NCBI GenBank assembly: GCA_017559955.1
Contig: JAFYPQ010000048.1
Span: 6,450 to 70,449, forward strand
Direction: 5' to 3'
Length of the DNA: 64,000 bases
DNA from: Bacteroidales bacterium
GTDB lineage: Bacteria; Bacteroidota; Bacteroidia; Bacteroidales; G3-4614
The notes under the pieces were generated by a model that made no database searches, was not told the DNA's origin, and saw only the letters and a program-made list of their open reading frames with translations. Made by a program: the position numbers and the translations under genes. Of this stretch, positions 27,724 to 36,634 are shown in pieces; position 1 is the stretch's first letter; every line of letters begins with the position of its first letter.

Positions 27724-29406
27724 TTAATAAGCCCACGATTCGTTAGGCAACACATCTCCAATAGAGCATTTGGTAACATTCTTGTACATATTCATCAATA
27801 GCACATATCTTGCACCCAATGGCTTTTTGGACTTCTTGTAAACGTTCTCCAAAAGATATTTTGCATCTGCCTCGGTTGATAATCCTAAAGGAACTACAAA
27901 TATCCCCGATTTGTCGATACATCCCCATACGTTGCTATCAGTTTTTACCATAGCATAGTCTCCCTCGAATGGAAATCCAAACATTGGTAATGCGGCATCA
28001 AAGCTTATTCGTGCAATTCCCGTTTTATCGATATAATATCCTTTCCCTTCTTTATAGGCATAGGCTAATCCCTCTTTAAAATCGCCTACTTTTGTATATC
28101 CGCTATCGAAACACTCCTTGCCCTCTGTATTAATCCAGCAATATGTCCCACTGTTTTTTTTCACTACTGCAAAATCATCGCTATATTGCGAAATATTTTC
28201 ATATGGAATAGCATTGATTTTCTTTCCGTCCGAATCGAGAACATAATTATAAACTATTGGCGTATTGGCTGATAATTCTTTAGTTGATACCAATGCTCTG
28301 CCATCGTCTGATATTTCAGATACGACGGTAAATTCAAAATTAGATAGAATATTTCCTTTATCATCTACATACGCCCACTTCTTGTTTTGTTGAACAAATG
28401 CTCGACCTTTATTGGGCTTTATAATAACACTTTCGAAGCGGGGAGAAAACACCTCGTTTCCTGCTTCGTTAATATATCCCCACAATACAGGAGCCTTTTT
28501 ACTCTCCTTCAAACCTACGGCTGCCATTCCGCCCGAAAATTGATATGCTCCATCATATTTAATTTCAGTTACAGCCTCGCCTTGTGCGTTTATATATCCG
28601 TATTTATCTCCTAACTTCACCCAAGACATGCCATTCTCAAATACTCCTGCAAAGTCGTCATAATACGTTTCGTTCAAAAATTCGCCATTATCGTTTATAT
28701 ATGCAAATTTTCGTTTTGAGTTTTGCACCCAAGATATTCCGCCTACAAAATCGGCTTTGACTGATAGATATTTTGGGGCTACCAACTCCTCTCCATTACT
28801 CTTTATATAACCCCATAGACCACCTACAATCTTCTTGTCTTGTTGCTCAACGCCTCCGACATTAACCCAACACACTCCGTTTGAATCGAATGCTCCATGA
28901 CCCGCATATTTAACTTCTGAGATTAAGACTCCTTGCGAATTTATTAATCCGTACTTTTTACCGGCTCTAACCCATGCGGTAGAGGTATTATCAAAGAAAC
29001 CTATTTCATCATACTTTGCAGGAAGAACTACTTCACCTTTGGTATTTATATATCCTAATTTACCTCCGCTTACGACACCCTCTTCTACTTTTCCTCCTGA
29101 ATTTATTTGAGCCAATCCATATTTGTTATAGGGACCAATATTTGCATAATTAATTGGGACCAACACATTTCCTAATGTGTCGATTATTCCAAACTTCTGT
29201 TTCTTTGATACTTTTGCTTTTCCGTCGATAAACTCCTCTACGGTTTCATAGGTAGGAGATATCACCACATTACTATCAGAATCGATATACCCCCACTTGC
29301 CTTTTTCATTCTGAAACGCTCTTAAATCGGCAGCATTCACAGAGAAGGAGATTGTGGTGGCAAAAAGCAATGCTGTACATATATTCCTTTTCATAATTTT
29401 ATTCAT
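27724..29406 (-). CDS. Secreted WG-repeat (KWG-type) protein (gene 5)
   Basis: 560 aa with a signal peptide (SVNA|ADL). About 13 copies of the unit K(W/Y)G(Y/L)I(N/D)..G..V(I/L).P.Y., for example KWGYIDSDSNVVISPTYE, KLGYINTKGEVVLPAKYD and LWGYINEAGNEVFSPRFE. Confidence 0.8.
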   Translation of the reverse strand: MNKIMKRNICTALLFATTISFSVNAADLRAFQNEKGKWGYIDSDSNVVISPTYETVEEFIDGKAKVSKKQKFGIIDTLGNVLVPINYANIGPYNKYGLAQINSGGKVEEGVVSGGKLGYINTKGEVVLPAKYDEIGFFDNTSTAWVRAGKKYGLINSQGVLISEVKYAGHGAFDSNGVCWVNVGGVEQQDKKIVGGLWGYIKSNGEELVAPKYLSVKADFVGGISWVQNSKRKFAYINDNGEFLNETYYDDFAGVFENGMSWVKLGDKYGYINAQGEAVTEIKYDGAYQFSGGMAAVGLKESKKAPVLWGYINEAGNEVFSPRFESVIIKPNKGRAFVQQNKKWAYVDDKGNILSNFEFTVVSEISDDGRALVSTKELSANTPIVYNYVLDSDGKKINAIPYENISQYSDDFAVVKKNSGTYCWINTEGKECFDSGYTKVGDFKEGLAYAYKEGKGYYIDKTGIARISFDAALPMFGFPFEGDYAMVKTDSNVWGCIDKSGIFVVPLGLSTEADAKYLLENVYKKSKKPLGARYVLLMNMYKNVTKCSIGDVLPNESWAY

Positions 29407-29429
29407 ATAGGGTTTCTATGAAACAAGCA

Positions 29430-30386
29430 TTAATATCCAAATATATTTGTAGTATTGGGTTGTTGTCCTGTTCCGTATGCAACACCGACATCACGAGCTG
29501 CCTGTATTTTTGCTTTCTCAATCTCTATGTCCGACAAGATTAAGTTTTGATCGAATACTTTATCCGATTTAATCTCTTTCTTTATCTCTTCGTATAGTGC
29601 TTGTGCTTCAGAATAACATCCATATTCAGGATAAATCAATGCCAAATATTGAGCTGCTTTTTTAGCTCCCGACTCATTTTGTTCGGCAACCCATGCAGAG
29701 CGTGCTGCTTGAAGATTTTCATTACAAATATCATTCATATATAGGTTGTAGATATTTATAGTCTCTTTATTTGCCTCTTCTGCATATTTCGAGCAATCGG
29801 GTATTGCAATGATAGTATATAGAGCCTCCTCGAATTGCTTCATTGCCGCCAACTTTTTAGCTTTTATTATAATATTGGCTCCATTGGCATCGTAATAAGC
29901 TATGGCTTTCTCTTTTCCTTTTTTAAACAGAGACAATAGTTGGGGAGAGTTGGGCTTCAATGATTTTATTGCTGATATTTGAGCCTTACTCTCCGAATTA
30001 TCAACTGCCTTTAACGGCATTGTTTCAGAATAATATATAACACCTGTGTTTACGTCTATAAGGTACAAAGTCAATTCAAAGTCTAACGAGTATTTTGCAG
30101 GAGGTCCGGGCAATACATCTTTTGTCAAGCATATCAACTTCGGCACTATTGCCAACGATGACCCTTCGCCTAAAACAAAACTCTCATTGTTTGAAATCTG
30201 TCCTATTCTCTTTACCAAAAAATCCTCTGCCGATTTTGTTAATCCGCTCTCTTCAGGAGCAACTACTCTTACTGATATATCACAATCTTGTGCAGAGACA
30301 TTTGCAAACATTACTGAAAACAGTAATGCACATATCGATAATTTTATTTTGCGTTTCATATTCTTAATGTTTTTATTTTTCTCCAA
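29430..30386 (-). CDS. Secreted hypothetical protein (gene 4); the start may be Met10 at 30359
   Basis: 318 aa with a signal peptide (ANVSA|QDCD). N-terminal mixed alpha/beta region and a helical C-terminal half. The first ATG overlaps the upstream gene by 14 nt, whereas Met10 would leave a 13-nt gap. Confidence 0.55.
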   Translation of the reverse strand: MEKNKNIKNMKRKIKLSICALLFSVMFANVSAQDCDISVRVVAPEESGLTKSAEDFLVKRIGQISNNESFVLGEGSSLAIVPKLICLTKDVLPGPPAKYSLDFELTLYLIDVNTGVIYYSETMPLKAVDNSESKAQISAIKSLKPNSPQLLSLFKKGKEKAIAYYDANGANIIIKAKKLAAMKQFEEALYTIIAIPDCSKYAEEANKETINIYNLYMNDICNENLQAARSAWVAEQNESGAKKAAQYLALIYPEYGCYSEAQALYEEIKKEIKSDKVFDQNLILSDIEIEKAKIQAARDVGVAYGTGQQPNTTNIFGY

Positions 30387-31320
30387 TTATTAATACAGCC
30401 TCACCCAAACCTCTTGTCAATACTTTCGATTGAAGGTTATATGGTGCCTGACGCAAATATTTTGATAGAGAGCGAACAAAATATTCTGTATCCATTGCTC
30501 TTCCGTTCTCACGATAAAGAGGAATTCGTACTTGTGAAAAATCGATATAGTTCTCTGTTCCGTCAAGTTTGCTATAACGATGTTCTACTGTGTTTTCATA
30601 CATCCAATCGTCGATTATCTCAGAAAGTTCACTTCCATCAAATTCACTTTCCAAATCGATACCAGAACCATTGTCAAATACCCTTATTCGAACAGAAACT
30701 TCACGACCATTTGTAAACAAATCGTCGAAGTAAACTTGAAGGCGTGAAGCAAATTCATCCATATTTGCGACAATCGCCTCTTCTAACAAAAGAACGGTTT
30801 CGGCTGTCATAGAAGGAGAACCTGTCCCTTGAACTGCCGCAATTTGCTTATTGGTATAAGCATCAAGTGCTTGCAGATTATATGTTATGCTTTTCTTGGG
30901 ACCCAATTGATTTACAGTCCAATCAACAGATAATATAATATCCGCTTTGGCTACTCGTCTTATCTTATCCAAAAGACTCTCGGCAATTGTCGAACCCGAT
31001 TTTGACATTACCAATCGTTCTTCTGCCTCACGTTGTTCTATTCCTGAAATAGTTGCAGAAAGGTCTTTCAAGGGGAAACCTCTATCTGCCATCAATGCTC
31101 CCAATTTTGAGATAACATTTGTAAGTTCCTTGTCTGTTTTTACCGCTTTCTTATAATCAGGGACTTGTTCTTTAACTCCTTGATTATCTGATGTTATCAT
31201 ATATCCTTTTTCGTTACACCATACATCGCTTGGCATAACCATTATTTCGGGTTTCTTTGCTTGTGAAAAGCACAATACAGAAACAAAAACTAATAGTGCT
31301 GATAAAAATAACTTTTTCAT
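30373..31320 (-). CDS. Secreted hypothetical protein (gene 3; possibly DUF6175-like)
   Basis: 315 aa. Signal peptide (LCFSQA|KKPE), then PEIMVMPSDVWCNEKGY. The family name is from memory only. Confidence 0.5.
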   Translation of the reverse strand: MKKLFLSALLVFVSVLCFSQAKKPEIMVMPSDVWCNEKGYMITSDNQGVKEQVPDYKKAVKTDKELTNVISKLGALMADRGFPLKDLSATISGIEQREAEERLVMSKSGSTIAESLLDKIRRVAKADIILSVDWTVNQLGPKKSITYNLQALDAYTNKQIAAVQGTGSPSMTAETVLLLEEAIVANMDEFASRLQVYFDDLFTNGREVSVRIRVFDNGSGIDLESEFDGSELSEIIDDWMYENTVEHRYSKLDGTENYIDFSQVRIPLYRENGRAMDTEYFVRSLSKYLRQAPYNLQSKVLTRGLGEAVLIIGEK

Positions 31321-31326
31321 ATTTGC

Positions 31327-31803
31327 CTATTTTATTATTCCATTTGATTTTAAATACTCTTTTAATTGCGGACGATATACCATCACAACAATACCGAATT
31401 TTTTCTCTCGTTTACTCAACTCTTTTGTTCTGTTTAAACGACGACCTCCTTCATCATCGGTTACGAATTTTTTGTAATCGCCATTCTCGCTAAAAAAGAA
31501 ATTGAAGAAATCTTCATATTTCTCGCGTGCATTTGCCTCAAATATCAATGGTTTTGTATTACATAGTTCGTTCCCCGATCTTATACCTTTAAATATAACA
31601 TCGTTCAAAGCATTCTTCATTGCTTGTTGTTTTGCATCGTCTCGAGTTCTTCCCGCACCCCAAGCAATTAATGTTTGCGAACCGTCTTGTGCCACTCCCA
31701 AACACTCTGTTTCATACTCATAGTATGTTGTTGATGTTTTTTTTGCATATCCTATTGTTGTTATTACAACTAATATTGCAATCAATAAAACTCTCTTATT
31801 CAT
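31327..31803 (-). CDS. Small secreted protein, paralog B (gene 2)
   Basis: 158 aa with a signal peptide (TIGYA|KK). It aligns by eye with the neighbouring 157-aa protein across YEYETEC.G, KPL, DFFNFFF and L..YL...GII. Confidence 0.55.
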   Translation of the reverse strand: MNKRVLLIAILVVITTIGYAKKTSTTYYEYETECLGVAQDGSQTLIAWGAGRTRDDAKQQAMKNALNDVIFKGIRSGNELCNTKPLIFEANAREKYEDFFNFFFSENGDYKKFVTDDEGGRRLNRTKELSKREKKFGIVVMVYRPQLKEYLKSNGIIK

Positions 31804-31815
31804 ATCTGTTTGCTT

Positions 31816-32289
31816 TTAAAATCCTGTTGACAATCCTCTTATAACTCCTGCCTTCTCCAAATCTTTTCTCAGTGCATCTTTCGAAATGATGGCGATAGTT
31901 CCGACTTTATATTTTTTACTTACTTTGATATATTCGTATGGTGTTGACGCCAATGTTACATAAGAAAGATATTGTTTATCTGCTCCAAAAAAGCTGTTGA
32001 AAAAATCTTTGTGTTGCGATTCTGCTATTGCCGAACCTGCCAATGGTTTAAAGCTACGACATTCTCCAGATGCTGAAACGCCTCTGAATAGAGCTCCGTG
32101 TACAGCTGCCTTTTTCAACTCATCCGGTGTTACCTTCTTGTTTGCCGAATAGACCCATACTTTTACCATATAATATCCCTCTTTAGAGATTGCTCCTCCA
32201 CATTCTACATCATATTCAAACATATCTGATGCAAAAGATGAAAATGGAGCCAAAAAGATTACAAGTAATCCTAAAACGAACTTTTTCAT
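31816..32289 (-). CDS. Small secreted protein, paralog A (gene 1)
   Basis: 157 aa with a signal peptide (SSFA|SDM). Shared motifs with the 158-aa neighbour: FEYDVEC.G, KPL, DFFNSFF and L.KDLEKAGVI. Confidence 0.55.
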   Translation of the reverse strand: MKKFVLGLLVIFLAPFSSFASDMFEYDVECGGAISKEGYYMVKVWVYSANKKVTPDELKKAAVHGALFRGVSASGECRSFKPLAGSAIAESQHKDFFNSFFGADKQYLSYVTLASTPYEYIKVSKKYKVGTIAIISKDALRKDLEKAGVIRGLSTGF

Positions 32290-32354
32290 ATTTATTAATT
32301 ATATTTATGCTTCCTACTCTTGGAGATTTTCGGAATCCTCTATGCTTAATAATG

Positions 32355-32362
32355 CAAATTTA
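32355..32362 (-). promoter_or_regulatory. Putative -7 promoter box for the six-gene operon
   Basis: Plus-strand caaattta is taaatttg on the minus strand, 66 nt upstream of the first ATG (32289). Confidence 0.35.
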
Positions 32363-32477
32363 TAAATTTCATTTAAAATTTCATAAAAAAACAAACTAAA
32401 AATATGTATAAATTCAGTCAATATAAGAATTGCGCATGAAACCCAGAGTTATTAAGGCAACAACAAGAAAAATTTAA

Positions 32478-33395
32478 TCACATCATCACCACCAACAATG
32501 TGGTTACAGAGATAATTACCCAAAGAATTACACCCAAAAGCAGAGGCTTTACTCCAACCTTTTTAAGTGCTGATACAGACAAGCCACAACCTATCAAAAA
32601 GAGGGTTACGGTTAAGAGTTTCTTTGAGATAAAAACTATATTTTCTGTCAATACCTGAGGTAATGGAAGGTATGTATTTATAAGCATTGCCACAACAAAC
32701 AGAATTATAAACCAAGGGATTGTTGCTCTTTTGCCTTTTGTTCTGAATACAAATGCCGAAGCAAATGCCAATGGGATTATCCACAATGCTCGTGTAAGTT
32801 TTATTGTTGTTGCAACTTTAAGCGCCTCATCTCCGTATGCAGCACCTGCCCCTACAACCGAACTTGTATCGTGAATTGCTATTGCAGCCCATGTCCCGAA
32901 TTGTTGTTGAGTAAGGTCAAGAGCATGTCCTATAACGGGAAATATAAATAGGGCTATTGCATTGAGCACGAATATGGTTATTAATGCCAAGGAGGTGTCG
33001 TTATCATCGGCATCGATAACAGGTGCAACTGCAGCAATGGCACTACCTCCGCATATTGCTGTTCCCGAAGATATAAGGTAACTGTTTTTACGATTTATAT
33101 TTAGGAATTTCCCTAAAAACACTCCCAATATCATAACTCCCATCACCGAAATTATCGTAAATATCATTCCCTCTTTTCCTGCTTGCAACGATTCATGAAG
33201 ATTCATGCCAAATCCCAATCCCACAACCGATATTTGCAACATATATTTAGATGCTTTCTTAGCCAACTTGGGATATGGTGTTCCGAGTATTAAAGAGAAC
33301 AATATTCCAACAAACAGTGCTACTGCCGGTGTTAAAAAAAGCGACCCCACAAAGAGAATTGCAAATAATATTTTTACCACTAAATCTCGATTCAT
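32478..33395 (-). CDS. YeiH/UPF0324 family membrane protein (putative sulfate-exporter family transporter)
   Basis: 305 aa, polytopic. Size and Gly-rich helices (GTAICGGSAIAAVAPV, AIHDTSSVVGAGAAYG) match the YeiH family. Confidence 0.75.
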   Translation of the reverse strand: MNRDLVVKILFAILFVGSLFLTPAVALFVGILFSLILGTPYPKLAKKASKYMLQISVVGLGFGMNLHESLQAGKEGMIFTIISVMGVMILGVFLGKFLNINRKNSYLISSGTAICGGSAIAAVAPVIDADDNDTSLALITIFVLNAIALFIFPVIGHALDLTQQQFGTWAAIAIHDTSSVVGAGAAYGDEALKVATTIKLTRALWIIPLAFASAFVFRTKGKRATIPWFIILFVVAMLINTYLPLPQVLTENIVFISKKLLTVTLFLIGCGLSVSALKKVGVKPLLLGVILWVIISVTTLLVVMM

Positions 33396-33510
33396 TATCT
33401 ATATTTTTATTTTTGATTAATTACCTATCTTATTTTATAGGTGCAAAGTTAACAATAAATAGTTTATTGCGAATTTTTATTTACTTTTGTATCATAAAAA
33501 CATTTCATAT

Positions 33511-33927
33511 ATGGCAACCGAGAAACCCTATTTTTACGAAATTGAGATTAAAGTTCGTGACTACGAATGTGATGCTCAAGGCATTGTTAATAATGCAAAC
33601 TACCAACACTACTTTGAACATGCTCGTCATGAATTCTTAGAACATGCGGGGTGCTCGTTTGGCAAAATGCGAGAAAAGGGCATTGAACCTGTTGTTGCAC
33701 GCATTGAGATTAACTACAAAAACTCGTTACGAGGTGGCGAACTATTTGTTTGTAAACTTTACATGCAACGAGAAGGTATAAGATTTGTTTTCTATCAGGA
33801 TATTTTCAGAGTTTCTGACGGGGCCTTATGCGCCGAAGCAAAAGTTACGACTGTTTGTACAAAAGATGGCAAAATAGATAAAGGAGATGATTTCGCTACT
33901 CTTTTAGAGGAGTTTATATCTAAGTAA
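33511..33927 (+). CDS. Acyl-CoA thioesterase, YbgC/4HBT hot-dog family
   Basis: Motif VRDYECDAQGIVNNANYQHYFEHARHEFL matches the YbgC active-site region. I prefer the ATG at 33511 over the TTG at 33487 used in the ORF track. Confidence 0.85.
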   Translation: MATEKPYFYEIEIKVRDYECDAQGIVNNANYQHYFEHARHEFLEHAGCSFGKMREKGIEPVVARIEINYKNSLRGGELFVCKLYMQREGIRFVFYQDIFRVSDGALCAEAKVTTVCTKDGKIDKGDDFATLLEEFISK

Positions 33928-33937
33928 TATATCCTAT

Positions 33938-35050
33938 ATGGATTTAAGGGAGAGAGAGTTTTTTATTGCACTTGCCAATATTAAAGGGATTAACTTTAAT
34001 TTGGCAAAAGCTCTGATTGAGAGGTATGGCTCTGCCGAGGCTGTGTTCTCTGCAGATACTCTGTTTATACCTAACGAAGAGGGTGAGGAGCAGGGAATCA
34101 ATCTCTTTAAAAAATCTTCTCGTGAAGAGGTGCTTATCCTCGCACAAAAGGAGATTACCTTTATTGAAAAACACGATATTACTCCTATCAGCTTTTGCTG
34201 CAACAACTACCCCAACCGATTATTAAACTGCATTGATGCTCCAATTCTGTTATACTCAAAAGGCAACATCGATTTCAATTCAACAAAATTTGTGAGTATT
34301 GTTGGCACCCGACACGCTACGGAATATGGCAGGGACTGGTGTGAAAAGTTTATCAGAGAGCTCCATGACATGTTCCCCGATGTGGTTATTGTAAGTGGTT
34401 TAGCATACGGAATTGATATTTGCGCACACCGGGCTGCGTTGGATTGTGGTGCTAAAACAGTTGCAGTTTTAGGAAATCCTCTTAATAGCATCTACCCTTC
34501 TACTCATCGACATACCGCCGAAAAAATTATTACCAATGGAGCTTTACTTAGTGAATACTCTTCTCAATCTCCTACATTAAAGGTTAATTTTGTTGCTCGC
34601 AACAGAATTGTCGCAGGTATGAGTGATGCCACGGTTATTGTCGAATCGAAAGAGAAAGGAGGCTCATTGATTACAGCAGCTCTTGCATCAGATTACTCTC
34701 GTGAGGTTTTTGCCCTCCCTGGCAATATCGACAGAGAGACATCAATGGGATGCAACAATCTTATACGTGATAACAAAGCTGCACTTATCACTTCGGCAAA
34801 AGATATGGCCAATGCTCTTGGCTGGGAGTGTATGCAATCGTCAAAGAGAGTACAAAATACTCTTTTCCCCGATTTCGACGAAACAGAGCAAAAAATTATT
34901 GATATTATAACCCAAAATAAAGAGGCTGATATTAATATTTTAAGCGAAGTTTCAGGTATCGCCACCTCAAAACTATTGTCATCTCTTATGGGTTTGGAAT
35001 TTAAAGGAGCTATTAAATCATACCCCGGCAATAGGTATAAAATAATATAA
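33938..35050 (+). CDS. dprA: DNA-processing protein DprA (Smf)
   Basis: 370 aa. Rossmann-like DprA core SGLAYGIDICAHRAAL...TVAVLGNPL...YPSTH...GGSLITA. Confidence 0.9.
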   Translation: MDLREREFFIALANIKGINFNLAKALIERYGSAEAVFSADTLFIPNEEGEEQGINLFKKSSREEVLILAQKEITFIEKHDITPISFCCNNYPNRLLNCIDAPILLYSKGNIDFNSTKFVSIVGTRHATEYGRDWCEKFIRELHDMFPDVVIVSGLAYGIDICAHRAALDCGAKTVAVLGNPLNSIYPSTHRHTAEKIITNGALLSEYSSQSPTLKVNFVARNRIVAGMSDATVIVESKEKGGSLITAALASDYSREVFALPGNIDRETSMGCNNLIRDNKAALITSAKDMANALGWECMQSSKRVQNTLFPDFDETEQKIIDIITQNKEADINILSEVSGIATSKLLSSLMGLEFKGAIKSYPGNRYKII

Positions 35051-35124
35051 GCAATAGTTGTTGGCTTCGCCATCCTTCGAGTAGTTGATTGCAACCTTCA
35101 ATATGTAAAGAGCGGTTGATTAAT

Positions 35125-35793
35125 TTACTCTTTTATCTTTACCCCTTTATCTTCAACCAATATTACTCTATTTGCCATATCTAAGGCCTTATAGGTATCG
35201 TGAAGAACAACTACTATTGTTGTTTTTGTTGAGAACTCCTCTAAAATAGAGTATAGATGCTCTGTAAACCCATTGTCTAAATATGAGGTCGGTTCATCTA
35301 AAACAAGCAGAGAAGGTTGCGATATTATTGCTCTTGCAAAAAGGGCTCGCTGAAATTGTCCTCCCGAGACCTCTCCTATTTGTCTGTTTTGCAATGTGTC
35401 AAGTTGCATCGATTGCAACAACTCCGCCACCTTACAGGCTCTCTCTTCTTTTGTAAGTGCATCTCTAACACCCATTAATCCGCTCTCAACCACCTCTTTT
35501 ATCGACATCGGAAATCGCAAATCGAGAGTATTCTTTTGAGGCAAATAACCTATACTCTCTCGCATTCTTGTTGCCAAATTGGAATTTTCATCATAATAAA
35601 CAACCTCCCCGCAAGTTGGTTTTTGCAAACCCAACATTACCCTTATAAGTGATGTTTTTCCTCCTCCGTTAGCTCCTGTTACAAGCATAAAATCACCTCT
35701 GTTTAAGGTAAGATTTACATCTCTTAATATTGTTCTGTTTTCGTATGAGAGTGTTATGTTTTTAAGTTCGATATGTCTATTTTGAGATTGCAT
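35125..35793 (-). CDS. Metal ABC transporter ATP-binding protein (ZnuC-like)
   Basis: 222 aa. Walker A GANGGGKTS, signature SGGQFQRALFARA and Walker B LLVLDEPTS. Confidence 0.85.
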   Translation of the reverse strand: MQSQNRHIELKNITLSYENRTILRDVNLTLNRGDFMLVTGANGGGKTSLIRVMLGLQKPTCGEVVYYDENSNLATRMRESIGYLPQKNTLDLRFPMSIKEVVESGLMGVRDALTKEERACKVAELLQSMQLDTLQNRQIGEVSGGQFQRALFARAIISQPSLLVLDEPTSYLDNGFTEHLYSILEEFSTKTTIVVVLHDTYKALDMANRVILVEDKGVKIKE

Positions 35794-36634
35794 CTGCTAC
35801 TTTTATTATCTCCTCGGTAAAATTATATGCTAACGGATTTATAACAACTATCTTTGCATCTATTTCACGGGCAAATGTTTGTACAAGAGTCGGATTAAAC
35901 TCATTTTGGATAAAGACCGTCTCGACACCGCCTTTTAGAGCTTCGCTTATTGCTTTTTGCATCGACTGAGGGGTCATCTCTTTTCCTCTCTCCTCTAATG
36001 ACAACTGTTGCAATCCATAATCTCGAGCAAAATATGAGAGCGACGGATGAAATATTGCAAATTGTCGTTCTTGCGATTTAGATAAAATCTCCTCGACCTT
36101 TAAATCGACAGAGTCGAGTTCCGATATAAGCTTATTGTAGTTTACTTCATAATAAGAGATATTCTCTTTATCATACTCACTAATGGCTTTATACATATTT
36201 GTTGCCATAATTTTTGCAGCTTTGGGCGAACTCCAATAGTGAGGATCGTAATGCAGATGTTCCTCTCCTCCGTGAAGACATTGAGAGGCTATAAAATCGA
36301 TATCCTCAGATAGGGTTATCTCTCGCACATCGGGCATATTACGAAGTATTGAAGGCAATGTTGTTTTTTCAAAGCCCAGCTCTCCTACTTTAAAATATAT
36401 AACAGAAGATGTTATATCCATCATTTGGCGAGGTGTAGCAACGTATTCTTCAGGATTGCCTCCTTCAGGTATAGCACACACCACCTCCATTTTCTCTCCC
36501 ACTATTTTATCGAGCAGATACTTCTGTGGCAATATTGTTACGGCAACTCGTATTTTTTTATCGTCATTATTGGCACTACAACCAATAACGACGATTATCA
36601 GCAACAAAAGAGACAACTCTTTTATCTTTAACAT
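35777..36634 (-). CDS. Metal ABC transporter substrate-binding lipoprotein (ZnuA/TroA cluster 9)
   Basis: 285 aa. Lipobox VVIGC|SANN, DPHYW and FHPSLSYFARDYGL motifs typical of the ZnuA/TroA family. Confidence 0.85.
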   Translation of the reverse strand: MLKIKELSLLLLIIVVIGCSANNDDKKIRVAVTILPQKYLLDKIVGEKMEVVCAIPEGGNPEEYVATPRQMMDITSSVIYFKVGELGFEKTTLPSILRNMPDVREITLSEDIDFIASQCLHGGEEHLHYDPHYWSSPKAAKIMATNMYKAISEYDKENISYYEVNYNKLISELDSVDLKVEEILSKSQERQFAIFHPSLSYFARDYGLQQLSLEERGKEMTPQSMQKAISEALKGGVETVFIQNEFNPTLVQTFAREIDAKIVVINPLAYNFTEEIIKVADAISK

